64,000 bases of DNA from an uncultured Gemmatimonadaceae bacterium (GCA_963843845.1 CAWJMB010000002.1:1408001-1472000), one strand, 5' to 3'. Positions 1 through 10,819 are shown, counted from the stretch's first letter. Made by a program: numbers and translations. Notes: generated by a model from the letters alone, not told the origin.

Positions 1-2662
1 CTAACGACTCGCCCGACTGGTCGCGGCCTGCGATGTTCTGCAGCCAGTAAGCATTCTGCTTGAGGCTGACCTCGCGTTCACGCCGCTGCTCCTCCTTCAC
101 CTTCGCGACGTCCGACGCGCTCGGCCCGATGGTGCGCAGCGAGTCGACGTTCGCCGCGACGGCGCGCGCGAGCTGCTCGACGCGGTCGGGCGCCGAGCCG
201 TACGCGATCGTCACGGTGTAGCGCGGCACCGGGATGCGCTGGGCGCCGCCGCTCACGCTGACGCTGTAGGTGCCACCGAGCTGCTCCCGCAGCTGGTCGC
301 GCAGTCGCAGCTCGAGCACCGCGGCGAGCGCCCGCAGCTCGTAGCGCGCCTGCGGGGAGTAGGGGGCGGTGCCCGTGTAGTAGATCCGCGTCTCGCTCTG
401 CGGCTCGACGCCTCTGCGCACCGTGCGCTCGACGACGCCGGTCGGCGGCGCGATCCCGTCGTCCTTCCACGTCTCCGTCCGCCCCGTCGCCGGCAGCGCG
501 CCGAGATAGCGCTCGACGAGGGGGCGGAGCGAGTCGGGATCGAACGTCCCGACGAACACGAACGTGAAGTCGCTGAAGTCCGCGAAGCGGTCGCGGTAGA
601 AGTCGAGCGCGCGCCGCTGATCGACCTCGGCGAACGTCGCCGCCGTGACGGGGCGGCCGCGCAGTGCGTGCTGCGTGAGCGTGACCTGGATCGTGTCCTG
701 ATAGACCGAGCCCGGATCGGCGCCGCGGTTCGCCAGGACCGACGTGATCTGGTTGCGGAAGGCGGCGTACGCGCCCGAGTCGGCGCGCGGGCGCGTGCCG
801 AAGAGGTAGACGAGCTGCATGAGCGTCTCCGCGTCTTTCGGCGACGCGCGTCCGTTGAACCCCTCCTCGGTCGACGAGATGTAGGGCGCGACGCTCGCCG
901 CCTTCCCGGCGAGCTTCTTCTGCAGGTCGATGGCGCTGAAGTCGCCGACGCCGCCCAGCGAGGCGATGCTCGACGCGAGCGCGGCGCTCATGTAGTCCCT
1001 CTCCGCCGCGAGCGACGAGCCCCCGGGGCTGTACGCCGTCATCAGCAGCTCGTCGGCCTTGAAGTCGGTCGGCTTGAGCAGGACGCGTACGCCATTCGAC
1101 AGTCGCCACTCGGTGAGGCCGACGGCGGAGTCGCGCCGCTCGCTCACGACGCGGCCCGGCGTCGGCGGCGTCGTCACGAGCGCGTCGCTCGACAGCGTCT
1201 CGGTATAGGCGACGACCGGCGTCTTCGCGGCGCGGTCGAACGCGGCGAGCAGCGCCGCCTCGGTCGGCACCCCGGCCCCGGCCTTGTCGGGTGCGCTCGC
1301 CAGCACCACCCGGTTGCGGTCGGTCACGAGCCGCCTCGCGAGCGAGTCGACGTCGGCGAGCGTGATCCCCGGCAACAGTCGCTTCACGAGATCGAACTCG
1401 GCGGCGATCCCGGGGATCGGCTCGCCCTGAAGAAAGTGGTTGACGTACTCGCCGACGTACGACGCCGAGTTCGTCTTCTCGCGCTCGTCGTAGGCGCGCT
1501 CGTAGGCGCGCAGGAAGTCCTGCTTCTGGCGGTCCAGCTCGCCGGCCGTGAAGCCGAACTCGCGCGCCCGCCGCGCCTCGACGAGCAGCGCCTCGAGTCC
1601 GCGGATGATCCCGCCGTCGGCGACCGCGGCGCCCAGCTGGTAGCCTTCGAGCGAGCGGAGAAAGCGCCCGTTGCCAGAGCCGGCGCCGAGGAACGGTGCG
1701 TCGGGGCGCTGCGTGATCTCCTCGAACCGCGCGTTCAGCATGGCGTCGAGCAGTTGCGCCACGAGGTCGCGCCGGTACGCGGCGACGGTGCCGTCCGGCT
1801 CGACGGGGCGCTTGAACAGCACCGCGACGCTGGACGATGTCGCTTCCCGATCGGTCGCCGCGGCGACGAGCGGACGGTCGTTCGGCGGGATCGGATAGAC
1901 CGGACGCGGCCGCGGATTCGCCGCCTTCGGGATCGATGCGAAGTGCTTCGTGATCAGCGCTTCGATCGCCTTCGGGTCGAAGTCGCCGACCGCGACCACC
2001 GCCATCAGGTCGGGGCGATACCAGTCGCGGTAGAATCGCCTGAGCGCCGCGGGGCTCGCGCTCTGGATGCTCGCGAGCGTCCCGATCGGAATGCGCTCGG
2101 CGTAGCGCGAGCCCTTGAAGATCACGGGACGCTGCGCGCGCCCGATCCGCTCCCCGGCGCCCTGGCCGAGCCGCCACTCCTCGATGACGACGCCGCGCTC
2201 GCTGACGACCTGCGCCGAGTCGAAGGTGACGCCGCGCGCCCAGTCCTCGAGGATGTCGAACGCCTTCTCGACGATCGCCGCGCTGTCGGTGGGGACCGGC
2301 AGCATGTAGACCGTCTCGTCGAAGCTCGTCTAGGCGTTGAGGTCGGCGCCGAAGCGCACGCCGATGCTCTCCAGGTACGCGACGAGCTCGTTCTTCGCGA
2401 ACGTGCGCGTGCCGTTGAACGCCATGTGCTCGACGAAGTGCGCGAGCCCGCGCTGGTCGTCGTCTTCGAGCACCGACCCGGCGTTCACGACGAGCCGGAG
2501 CTCCGCGCGATGCTCGGGGCGGCCGTTCCTGCGGATGTAGTAGCGCAGGCCGTTCGGCAGCGTCCCGATCGTGACCTGCGGGTCGACGCCGAGGGGCTGC
2601 GCACCGAGAGCGGGCGCGGCGACGAGCGCGGCGGCGAGAGCGAGAACGAGGCGTCGAAGCAC
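1..2662 (-). CDS. M16 family zinc protease (PqqL-like); 3' end runs off the window; one in-frame TAG at 2330-2332
   Basis: Signal peptide, then TLPNGLRYYIR...GSVLEDDDQRGLAHFVEHMAFNGT (HxxEH). NA*TSFDETVY continues in the same frame past the TAG, and the same frame reads QNAYWLQNI near position 1. Confidence 0.9.
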
Positions 2663-2681
2663 GATGAAGTCGACAGAACGG

Positions 2682-4820
2682 TTAGGCGGTGAACCGGCCG
2701 CGCAGGATCGCGCGGAGGTCGATCGTCGGCGTGGGGCCGGCGGGGACGGGCGGGAGCGCGAGAGCGGCGTCGGGCGCGAGCGCGACGCGCTGCATCGTCT
2801 CGCGCACGCCGCGGTCGAGGAAGCGCGACAGCTGGTCGAGCGAGTAGTCGGCCGTCATGCGCGAGGCGTACGCGTGCAGCGGGTAGGTGACGACGAGCTC
2901 GTCGCGCGCGCGCGTCAGCGCGACGTACATCAGACGGCGTTCTTCCTCCAGCTCGTCCGCGTCTTCGGTCGCGCGCGCGAGGGGGAAGAAGCCGTCGGCC
3001 GCCCAGAGCACGAACACCGCGTCCCACTCCTTCCCCTTCGCCGAGTGCACCGTGCTGAGCACGAGCACGTCGTCCTCCGCGGCGCCGCTGCCGCCCGCGA
3101 GGTCGCGCGTGGCGGCGGGCGGCTCGAGCGCGATCGCGGAGAGGAACGCCGCGCGGCTGGCGTGGCTCGCAGCGATCGTCTGGAGCTGCTCGAGGTCGGC
3201 GAGGCGCGCCTCGGGATTGTCGTAGCGGTCCCGAAGCAGCGAGTCGTACACACGACGAATCGCCCCGATCTCGGTCGCGAGATCGCTGTTCGGTACCGAC
3301 GACAGCGCGCCGAGCATCGCGGCGAGCCGCGCGTGAAGCTCGCGCGCCTTCGCGGGCGCGGCGAACAGGCCCAACGCGCCTGGCGCCCACCCGTGCGACG
3401 CGACGTGCTCGATCGCCGCGCGCGCGGTGACGTCGCCGACGCCGGGGAGGAGCAGGAGCACGCGGTACCAGCTCACCTCGTCGCGCGGGTTCTCGAGCAG
3501 GCGCAGGAACGCGAGCACGTCCTTCACGTGCGCCGCCTCGAGGAACTTGATGCCGCCCCACTTCTCGTACGGAATGCCGCGCGCCGTCAGCTCGATCTCG
3601 AGGTCGGCCGTCATGTAGCCGGCGCGCGCGAGCACCGCGATCTCGCTCAGCGGCGTCCCCGACTCGTGCAGCTCGAGCACACGGTCGGCCACGAAGCGCG
3701 TCTGCGCGTGCTCGTCCTGACACGACACGAGCCACGGCCGCTCGCCGCCGTCGCGTTCGGTCCAGAGGCGCTTCGAGAAGCGCTCCGGCGTCCGCGAGAT
3801 CACCTCGTTCGTCGTGTCGAGGATCGCCTGCGTCGAGCGGTAGTTCTGCTCGAGCGTCACGACCGTCGTGCCGGGGAAGTGGCGCGGAAAGTCGAGGATG
3901 TTGCGGAAGTGCGCGCCGCGGAACGAGTAGATGCTCTGCGCGTCGTCGCCGACCGCGCTGATGTTCGCGTGCGTGCGGCACATGCCGCGGAGGATGCGCG
4001 CCTGCAGCAGGTTCGTGTCCTGGTACTCGTCGACGAGGACGTGGTCGTAGAGCCCCGCGATCCGCGCCGCGAGGTCGGGCGCCTGCTCGAGCAGCGTCGC
4101 CCAGAACAGCAGCAGGTCGTCGTAGTCGACGAGGTTGCGCCGCGCCTTCCGCTCGGTGTAGTCGGCGAAGACGCGCCGGATGTCGGCCGCGCGCTCGACG
4201 AACTGCGGGTAGCAGTCGGCGAGCACGCCGTCGACGTCCGTCTCGGTGTTCACGTGGCGCGAGTAGACGGCGTGCAGCGTCTCCTTCTTCGGGAACCGCT
4301 TGGCGGGCGGTGCGCCCGCCTGCGATGCGCTCGTCTCGGATGCGCCCGCCTTCCGCCGCGCGTCCGCGAACCCCGACGCGGCGCGCGAGAGCTGCATCAG
4401 GTCCTCGGCGTCGCCCTGGTCCATGATCGTGAAGTCGGCGATGCCGGCCGCGCCGCCGAAGCGGCGGAGCAGTCGGTGGGCGGTGCCGTGGAACGTGCCG
4501 CCGGCCACGCGGTGGCTCGCCGAGCCGACGAGGCGCTCGGCGCGCTGCAGCATCTCCTGCGCGGCGCGGCGCGTGAACGTGAGCAGCAGGATCCGCTCGG
4601 GGGCGACGCCGCGTCCGATGAGGTGCGCGACGCGGTGCACGAGCGTGCGCGTCTTCCCCGTGCCGGCGCCGGCGATGACGAGCAGCGGGCCGTCGCCGTG
4701 CGTCACCGCCGCGCGCTGCTCCGCGTTCAGCGCGTCGAGGCCGAGGTCGTCGCGCGGGCGGACGTCGCGCGGGTGCGGCGCGTAGACGCGCGGCGCGTCG
4801 AGGTGGGAGTCGTCCGCCAT
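2682..4820 (-). CDS. UvrD/PcrA-family SF1 ATP-dependent DNA helicase
   Basis: Motifs AGAGTGKT, LTFTRRAA, VDEYQDTN, VGDDAQSIYSFRGA, LEQNYRS, STVHSAKGKEW, EEERRLMYVALTRA. Start ATG 4820 lies 6 nt after a TATATT -10-like hexamer. Confidence 0.93.
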   Translation of the reverse strand: MADDSHLDAPRVYAPHPRDVRPRDDLGLDALNAEQRAAVTHGDGPLLVIAGAGTGKTRTLVHRVAHLIGRGVAPERILLLTFTRRAAQEMLQRAERLVGSASHRVAGGTFHGTAHRLLRRFGGAAGIADFTIMDQGDAEDLMQLSRAASGFADARRKAGASETSASQAGAPPAKRFPKKETLHAVYSRHVNTETDVDGVLADCYPQFVERAADIRRVFADYTERKARRNLVDYDDLLLFWATLLEQAPDLAARIAGLYDHVLVDEYQDTNLLQARILRGMCRTHANISAVGDDAQSIYSFRGAHFRNILDFPRHFPGTTVVTLEQNYRSTQAILDTTNEVISRTPERFSKRLWTERDGGERPWLVSCQDEHAQTRFVADRVLELHESGTPLSEIAVLARAGYMTADLEIELTARGIPYEKWGGIKFLEAAHVKDVLAFLRLLENPRDEVSWYRVLLLLPGVGDVTARAAIEHVASHGWAPGALGLFAAPAKARELHARLAAMLGALSSVPNSDLATEIGAIRRVYDSLLRDRYDNPEARLADLEQLQTIAASHASRAAFLSAIALEPPAATRDLAGGSGAAEDDVLVLSTVHSAKGKEWDAVFVLWAADGFFPLARATEDADELEEERRLMYVALTRARDELVVTYPLHAYASRMTADYSLDQLSRFLDRGVRETMQRVALAPDAALALPPVPAGPTPTIDLRAILRGRFTA

Positions 4821-4905
4821 CTCACGAATATAGACCGAACCCACGCGGCGCGGCGCGGCCGGCGCGGCGCGGCCGGCGCGGCGCGCGCGACCGCCGACGA
4901 CGTCG

Positions 4906-5727
4906 CTAGCGCGGGTCCATCGAGGGCATCGCGTGCCCCGGGCCCGGCGTGCCGGTCGTCCGCAGCGTGCCCGCCAGCGCGGGGCGCAGCGCGACGGCGG
5001 CGGCGAGCGCGAGGAGCGAGATGCCGATGACCCGCGCGGTCCGCCAGCCGTGTGGGAGCACCTTCTCGGCGAACACGAGCAGCGTGATCGCCACGACCCA
5101 CGGCAGGCTCATGGCGCCGGCGGCGACGAGGATCGCCATCAGCCCCCAGCAGCAGCCGACGCAGTAGCCCGCGTGGCCGAGCGCCAGGCGCAGCGTCGCC
5201 GCGTACCCGCTGCGCCAGCGCCGCATGAGATACGCGAGCGGCGCCTCGCAGGCGCGGAGACACGCGCGCTTCGCGCCGGTGAGCTGGTACGCGCCGGCCG
5301 CGGCGAGCGTGCCGGCGACCGCGTACGGCACGAGCGCGTCGAACCGCGGCCAGCGCGCGGCGGCCCCGGCCACCGCGAGGTGCGCGCCGTAGACGGGCAC
5401 GCCCACGGCGAGCCACACCGCGAGGTAGACGCCCGCGAACAGCGCCGCCGGCAGCGCGCGATCGCCGTCCGCCGACAGGCGCCGGGCGACCGTCCGGTAG
5501 AGCAGGATCATGGGGGCGGCGCTCGGCAGCATCATCGCGGCCATCATCACGCCCCACTGCAGCGTGAAGACCGCCCCCTCCGCCAGCGACGGCGTCATCC
5601 CCGGCATGACCATCGACGACGCGTCGCGTACGACGAGCACCCACGCCGGCACCGCGATGGCGACGAGCCCCGCGCCGAGCGCGAGCGTCGTCGGTCCGTC
5701 GAGCGGCGCGGACCCGCCTCGGCTCAC
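4906..5727 (-). CDS. DUF2182-type metal-binding integral membrane protein
   Basis: W..MMAAMMLPS, YQLT..K.ACL..C, YCVGCCWGLM, multiple hydrophobic helices. GTG start overlaps the upstream stop (GTGA). Confidence 0.85.
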   Translation of the reverse strand: MSRGGSAPLDGPTTLALGAGLVAIAVPAWVLVVRDASSMVMPGMTPSLAEGAVFTLQWGVMMAAMMLPSAAPMILLYRTVARRLSADGDRALPAALFAGVYLAVWLAVGVPVYGAHLAVAGAAARWPRFDALVPYAVAGTLAAAGAYQLTGAKRACLRACEAPLAYLMRRWRSGYAATLRLALGHAGYCVGCCWGLMAILVAAGAMSLPWVVAITLLVFAEKVLPHGWRTARVIGISLLALAAAVALRPALAGTLRTTGTPGPGHAMPSMDPR

Positions 5728-6377
5728 GGCCCCTGGTACGCGAACGGCGCGGCGGCGGCGTACCGCCCCGAGTGGTCGAAGCTCACGGCGCCCGACACGC
5801 GGAACGTGGACGACGCGCCGAGGTCCCCCTCCTTGAACACGAAGCCCTCCGGGAGGACGGCGCGCGGATGCACCTCGGCGCCCGTCACCTTGTTCCGCAC
5901 CGGCTCCATGTCGAGCGTGATGAAGCCGCCGCCGCGCACGCGGCTGCTGAAGCCGTCGACGGATACCTCGAACGGCGCGTACTCCGGGCCGTGGACCTTG
6001 GCGATCGTCGTGCTGATGATCTTCCACGGGCCGCCCGCCCTGCCGGAGATCAGCGACAGCAGCGCCGCCCGCTGCCTGTCGTCGGCGCGCTCGTCGAGGA
6101 CGAGCAGGGCCTCACCATTCCCCTCGTGGATGGCTCCCGGCCAGTTGACGGCCACGCCGAACGTGAGCCCGGCGAGCGGCACGTCGCCGAAGCGCCCCGC
6201 CTCGATGTGCCAGTTCCAGTTTCCCTCGCACTTTCCGGTCGTCGGCAGGCCGTTGAAGTTGCACGGGCAGCCGTAATCGCAGTTGCACGCGAGGATCACG
6301 TGGCCCCGGATGTCCCACTCGGGCACCTCCGCGCCGTGCGTGGTGGGCGCGCTGCCGGCGGAAGCTGGTGCGGACAT
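5724..6377 (-). CDS. DUF1326-type Cys-rich protein
   Basis: ACNCDYGCPCNF...PT.GKCEG, WPGAIHEGNG, DERADDRQRAAL; usual partner of DUF2182. Confidence 0.85.
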   Translation of the reverse strand: MSAPASAGSAPTTHGAEVPEWDIRGHVILACNCDYGCPCNFNGLPTTGKCEGNWNWHIEAGRFGDVPLAGLTFGVAVNWPGAIHEGNGEALLVLDERADDRQRAALLSLISGRAGGPWKIISTTIAKVHGPEYAPFEVSVDGFSSRVRGGGFITLDMEPVRNKVTGAEVHPRAVLPEGFVFKEGDLGASSTFRVSGAVSFDHSGRYAAAAPFAYQGP

Positions 6378-6537
6378 GGTTCGACCTCGGCGTCGAGAGT
6401 GAGTGGGGAGACGCGCCCACACGCGGCGCGCCGGCGACGGTCGCTGACGCGCGCGCAGCCGATGCTCGCACCGGATCGGGCGCCCCGTCAAGGCGCCCGC
6501 CGCGCGCCGGCCGGCGGGCAGGTCGAGCGCCGGGCCG

Positions 6538-7260
6538 TCAGACGAGGTGCGCCGCGAGCGCCTCCGCCGCCACCGGCTCGGGGCGCAGCCCGAACACCGC
6601 GGCGAGCGCCGCCGCCGCCGCCTCGCCCGCCTCGGCGAGCGTGACGTCGCGCCCGGTCTCGCGTGCGACCGACGTCATGTCGACGCCGGCGATGCCGCAC
6701 GGCACGATCAGGTCGAAGTACGACAGCGCGGTCGTCACGTTCAGCGCGAAGCCGTGCCACGTCACCCAGTCGCGCGCGTGCACGCCGATGCTCGCGATCT
6801 TGCGCCGCGGCACGAACGCCTCGCCCTCGCCGTCGCCGGTCCAGACGCCGGTGTACTTCGGGTAGCGCCCCGCCGCGAGCCCGAAGGTGCCTAACGCGTC
6901 GATCAGCCCCTGCTCGACCTGCCGCAGGTACCAGTGCAGATCCTTGCGGTGCCGCTTGAGGTCGACGATCGGGTAACCGACGAGCTGCCCCGGGCCGTGG
7001 AACGTCACGTCGCCGCCGCGCTCGACCTCGTGCACCTCGACGCCGCACGCGCGGATCGCCTCGACGGTGAGCGGCAGACTCGTCCCCTTCGTCGAGCGGC
7101 CGAGCGTGATGACCGGCGGGTGCTCGACGAGCAGCAGCACGTCCTCGTCGATCGCGCCGGAGATCCGCGCGCGCGCCACGCGCCGCTGCAGATCGAGCGC
7201 GTCGGCGTAGGGCAGGGTGCCGAGGTCGATCGTGAGGAGGCGCGGGTCGGATGAGGCCAT
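6538..7260 (-). CDS. lipB: Lipoyl(octanoyl) transferase
   Basis: LLVEHPPVITLG, RGGDVTFHGPGQLVGYPI, RKIASIG, HGFALNV, IVPCG. Confidence 0.95.
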   Translation of the reverse strand: MASSDPRLLTIDLGTLPYADALDLQRRVARARISGAIDEDVLLLVEHPPVITLGRSTKGTSLPLTVEAIRACGVEVHEVERGGDVTFHGPGQLVGYPIVDLKRHRKDLHWYLRQVEQGLIDALGTFGLAAGRYPKYTGVWTGDGEGEAFVPRRKIASIGVHARDWVTWHGFALNVTTALSYFDLIVPCGIAGVDMTSVARETGRDVTLAEAGEAAAAALAAVFGLRPEPVAAEALAAHLV

Positions 7261-7321
7261 CGAATGAACGGCAGTGCGGAGAATGCGGACGCGCCGAACG
7301 CCGGCGCGACGAGCGTCGGGG

Positions 7322-8020
7322 CTACGGCGCCGTCGCTCGCGCGCGGCGGGCCAGGTAGTACGCCATCCCGACGAGCGCGCCGGCCGAGACGACGAAGAAG
7401 CCGTCGCCGATCGTCGCGCGCCACAGCGTCGCGATCGTGAGCGCGACCGAGCCCGCCGTCGCCGCGCAGACGACGACGAGCGCCAGGTGCGCGCCGACGA
7501 CCGCGAGCGCGACGCCATGCCAGCTCCGCACCGTCCGCGCCGCGGCGACCGCGTCAGGCGTCGTCGCGTCGGCGGACTTCCCGCGCCCCTCGAACGCGAG
7601 CAGCCCGATGACGGCGAGCGGCAGCGCGACGAGCAGCAGCGGCCCCGCGCTCGGCTGCCCCACGAGATACGCGGCCGCCGGGTCGGACGGGTCGACGTAG
7701 GCGATCGTCGAGTCGCCGACCGTGAAGCGGCTCGCGACGTCCTCGGCCCAGTCGCGGCCGCGCGACTCGCCCGAGCCGGCGAACACGCGGATCCCGTCGT
7801 ACGTCGCGCCGGCGACCTGATAGCGGAAGCCGACGCGCGGGTAGTAGGTCGCGCCGTCGCGGCCGCGCGACGTCCCCACGCCGCTCGAGACCACGACGGC
7901 GGGGGTGGCGCGCCCGCGCAGCAGGCGCCAGGCGTTCCACCCCCACAGCGCGACGCCGATCGCGACGAACAGCCCGAGCGGGATCGCGAACCCGCCGGTC
8001 TGCTTGCGGAGCGACGTCAC
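7322..8020 (-). CDS. DUF3592-like membrane protein
   Basis: TM helix, YYPRVGFRYQVAGATY...VGD...YVDPSDPAAAYL, then further TM helices. Confidence 0.7.
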   Translation of the reverse strand: MTSLRKQTGGFAIPLGLFVAIGVALWGWNAWRLLRGRATPAVVVSSGVGTSRGRDGATYYPRVGFRYQVAGATYDGIRVFAGSGESRGRDWAEDVASRFTVGDSTIAYVDPSDPAAAYLVGQPSAGPLLLVALPLAVIGLLAFEGRGKSADATTPDAVAAARTVRSWHGVALAVVGAHLALVVVCAATAGSVALTIATLWRATIGDGFFVVSAGALVGMAYYLARRARATAP

Positions 8021-8030
8021 GCGCCGAGCG

Positions 8031-9434
8031 TCACGCGTGGATCATCCGCCCCATCGAGTCGAGCGCCGCCTCGGCGATCGCCTCGGAGAGGGTGGGGTGC
8101 GCGTGCACCGCGAGATCGACTTCCTCGATCGTGAACTCGTTCTCGCGCGCCACGGCGAGCTCGTGGATCATCTCCGTCGCGTGCGCGCCGACGATGTGCG
8201 CGCCGAGGATCTCGCCGTACTTCGTGTCGCGGATGATCTTCACGAAGCCCTCAGTCTCGCCCGAGGTCCGCGCGCGGCCGTTCGCCGAGAAGGGGAACTT
8301 GCCCACCTTGTAGTCGAGCTTCTGCTCCTTGCACTGCTGCTCGGTGAGCCCGATGGACGCGACTTCCGGGTGGCAGTACGTGCAGCTCGGGATGTTCCGG
8401 TAGTTCACCGGGTGCGCGTGCTGCCCGGCAAGCAGCTCGGCGAGCACGTGCCCCTCGCGCGAGCCCTTGTGCGCGAGCATCTGGTTGCCGGTGACGTCGC
8501 CGATCGCGTAGACGCCCTTCACGCTCGTCTGGAACCGGTCGTCGATCCGGATGAACCCGCGCTCCGTGAGCTGCACCCCGAGCTCCTTGAGGCCGGCGCC
8601 CTCGACCACCGGCGCGCGCCCGGCGGCGACGAGCACCTTCTCGACCTGGAGCTCCTTCTTCGCGCCGCCCGCCTCGACGCTCATCGAGACGCCGTCCGCG
8701 CTCACCTTCACGTTCGAGATCTTCGCGCCGGTCAACACCTCCATCTTCCGCTTCCTGAACGACTTCGCGACCTCCGCCGAGCAGTCGGCGTCTTCGAGCG
8801 GGAGGATCGTCGGCAGTGCCTCGATGAGCGTGACCTCGCTGCCGAACGCGGCGAACACGTCGGCGAACTCGCACCCCACGGCGCCGGCGCCGACGATCGC
8901 GATCGACTTCGGCGCCTTCTCCAGCACGAGCGCCTCGTCGGACGACAGCACCGTCCGCTTGTCGAGCGCGAGCCCGACCTGCGGCAGCCCGCGCACCTTC
9001 GAGCCGGTGGCGACGACGATCGCTTTCCTGGCGTCGTGCTTCTCGCTCTTGCCGTCGGCCGTCCTGATCTCGATCGCGGTCGGGCTGGTGAGGCGCGCCT
9101 CGCCCTTGAGGTACGCGATCTTGTTCTTCTTCATGAGGAACTCGACGCCTTTCGAGTTCTGCGTGCTGACGCCGCGCGAGCGCTTCATCGCGACGCCGTA
9201 GTCGAGTGTGACGCCCTCGACCGCGACGCCGAACTCGGCGGCGTGGGTGACCTTCGTCGCGACCGCCGCGCTCTCGAGCAGCGCCTTCGCCGGGATGCAC
9301 CCCCAGATGACGCAGGTGCCGCCGAGCGCCTCGCGCTCGACGACCGCCGCCTGGAGGCCGAGCTGGGCGCAGCGGATCGCGCACACGTAGCCGGCGGGAC
9401 CGCCGCCGATGATGATGACGTCGTACGAAGCCAT
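8031..9434 (-). CDS. lpdA: Dihydrolipoyl dehydrogenase (E3)
   Basis: GGGPAGY, redox motif GGTCVIWGCIP, GAGAVGCEFA, C-terminal HPTLSE. Confidence 0.96.
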   Translation of the reverse strand: MASYDVIIIGGGPAGYVCAIRCAQLGLQAAVVEREALGGTCVIWGCIPAKALLESAAVATKVTHAAEFGVAVEGVTLDYGVAMKRSRGVSTQNSKGVEFLMKKNKIAYLKGEARLTSPTAIEIRTADGKSEKHDARKAIVVATGSKVRGLPQVGLALDKRTVLSSDEALVLEKAPKSIAIVGAGAVGCEFADVFAAFGSEVTLIEALPTILPLEDADCSAEVAKSFRKRKMEVLTGAKISNVKVSADGVSMSVEAGGAKKELQVEKVLVAAGRAPVVEGAGLKELGVQLTERGFIRIDDRFQTSVKGVYAIGDVTGNQMLAHKGSREGHVLAELLAGQHAHPVNYRNIPSCTYCHPEVASIGLTEQQCKEQKLDYKVGKFPFSANGRARTSGETEGFVKIIRDTKYGEILGAHIVGAHATEMIHELAVARENEFTIEEVDLAVHAHPTLSEAIAEAALDSMGRMIHA

Positions 9435-9554
9435 GTCGGAGTCGAAGTGAAGGGAGGCCGGCTCCGAGAACGAGCGCGGCCCCGAAAGATACGGGGCCGA
9501 GAGACGTGGCTACAGGCGGCGACCGTAGTGCGCGCGCGGTCGCCAGCGCGGTCG

Positions 9555-10679
9555 TCAGCGCGCGGCGGTCCAGAGCAGGATCACGCCGCACTGCGAGCCG
9601 ATGAAGCCGGCGTACTCGGCGGGCACGCCGGCGACCGTCGTGTAGACCTCCATCCCGGCGATGAGTGACGGCGGAATGGTATTCACGTCGAACGCGGCCG
9701 CGGCGCCGACGCCCGACGCGCCGGCGAGCGCGCTCCAATCGGGCTCGCCGAACGCGCGGCGGCCGGTCGCGCCGACATTGCCGCCGGCGGTCGGCGGCGT
9801 GCCGCTTCCACCGACCGGAGCCGACGTCCCGCCGCTCGTACCGCTGCCGCCCGTCGGCGCCGCGCCGCCACCCGTCCCCGCACTCGTGCCGCTGCTGGTC
9901 GGCGACCCGCGCGTCGGATCTGCGCTACCACTGTTGCCCCCGTTCGGCACGACGACAGTGGTCGCTCTCGACGTGCCGCCCGCGGTCCCGCGGTTCGAGG
10001 GCGGCGGCGTCGCTCCCAGGACCACGTTGCCCTGAAGGTCGGGCCGTCCAGAGACGTTCACACCGTCGAGGAAGACGAGCATCCCGGAACACCGCTGGCC
10101 GCCGACGCGCCGCGACGTGATCTGCGGCGCGCTCATCATCCCCGTCGTCACCTGCACGCCCGGCACCCAGCGCAGAATCGTCGAGACGTCGTGCGGTCGC
10201 CGTCGGTCGATCTCCTCGCGGGTGACGAAACGCCCGAACGCGTTGTGCTGCCGGCGCCGCTCGAAGTCGACGAGGCGCGACTCGACGGCCGACGTCGCGA
10301 GCACGGTGACCGCGTCCAGCGACTGGCCGAGCGGGCCCAACGCCAGCTGCGCCGCGATCGTATCGGTCCCGACGCGCAGCGTGCGCCACGCGGGTGCATA
10401 CCCGACCTTGCGCGCCTGCACGAGGTACACCCCGGGCGACACGTCGGTCAGCAACAGCGCGCCCCCCTCCGGCACCGCCATCGTCACGCCGAGCGTGGGG
10501 AACACGATCTCCGCGCCGACGAGCGGCTCCTGCTCGGCGTCGACGACGCGAAGCCACACGGCGCCGGGCGACGACACTTTCGCGGCTTGCGCGGCGACGG
10601 GTGAGGCGCCGAACGCTCCGGTCGCCGCCGACGTCGCGAGGACCAGCGCGGCGCGCCACTGCGGTGTCACGTTCGGCAT
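9555..10679 (-). CDS. Exported carboxypeptidase-regulatory-like domain + TonB plug-like domain protein, no beta-barrel
   Basis: Signal peptide; VVDAEQEPLVGAEI...PGVYLVQARKVGY; LDAVTV; FERRR..FVTREEI; VFLDG; IAGMEVY...PAEY...CGVILLWT. Long G/T/S/P-rich insert. Confidence 0.75.
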   Translation of the reverse strand: MPNVTPQWRAALVLATSAATGAFGASPVAAQAAKVSSPGAVWLRVVDAEQEPLVGAEIVFPTLGVTMAVPEGGALLLTDVSPGVYLVQARKVGYAPAWRTLRVGTDTIAAQLALGPLGQSLDAVTVLATSAVESRLVDFERRRQHNAFGRFVTREEIDRRRPHDVSTILRWVPGVQVTTGMMSAPQITSRRVGGQRCSGMLVFLDGVNVSGRPDLQGNVVLGATPPPSNRGTAGGTSRATTVVVPNGGNSGSADPTRGSPTSSGTSAGTGGGAAPTGGSGTSGGTSAPVGGSGTPPTAGGNVGATGRRAFGEPDWSALAGASGVGAAAAFDVNTIPPSLIAGMEVYTTVAGVPAEYAGFIGSQCGVILLWTAAR

Positions 10680-10819
10680 GCGGGTCGCTCGAAGTGAAGG
10701 GCAACACGGTCCGACGCGCCAAGCGTAGAGTGAGCGCGGCTCGAGCGCCAGCACTGCCATGTCCCGTGCCACGCCGGCGCTGGCGCAATCGCGGCGTCGT
10801 TCGCACCGTGTAGGGGTAG

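Noticed and set aside
2330..2332. Amber recoding (Pyl or TAG-to-Tyr)
   Set aside because: TAG ends several genes normally, this is a single instance, and no pyl genes or suppressor tRNA are in the window.
4843..4890. CGGCG-rich repeat upstream of the helicase
   Set aside because: It is a low-complexity GC run with no distinctive structure beyond what base composition predicts.
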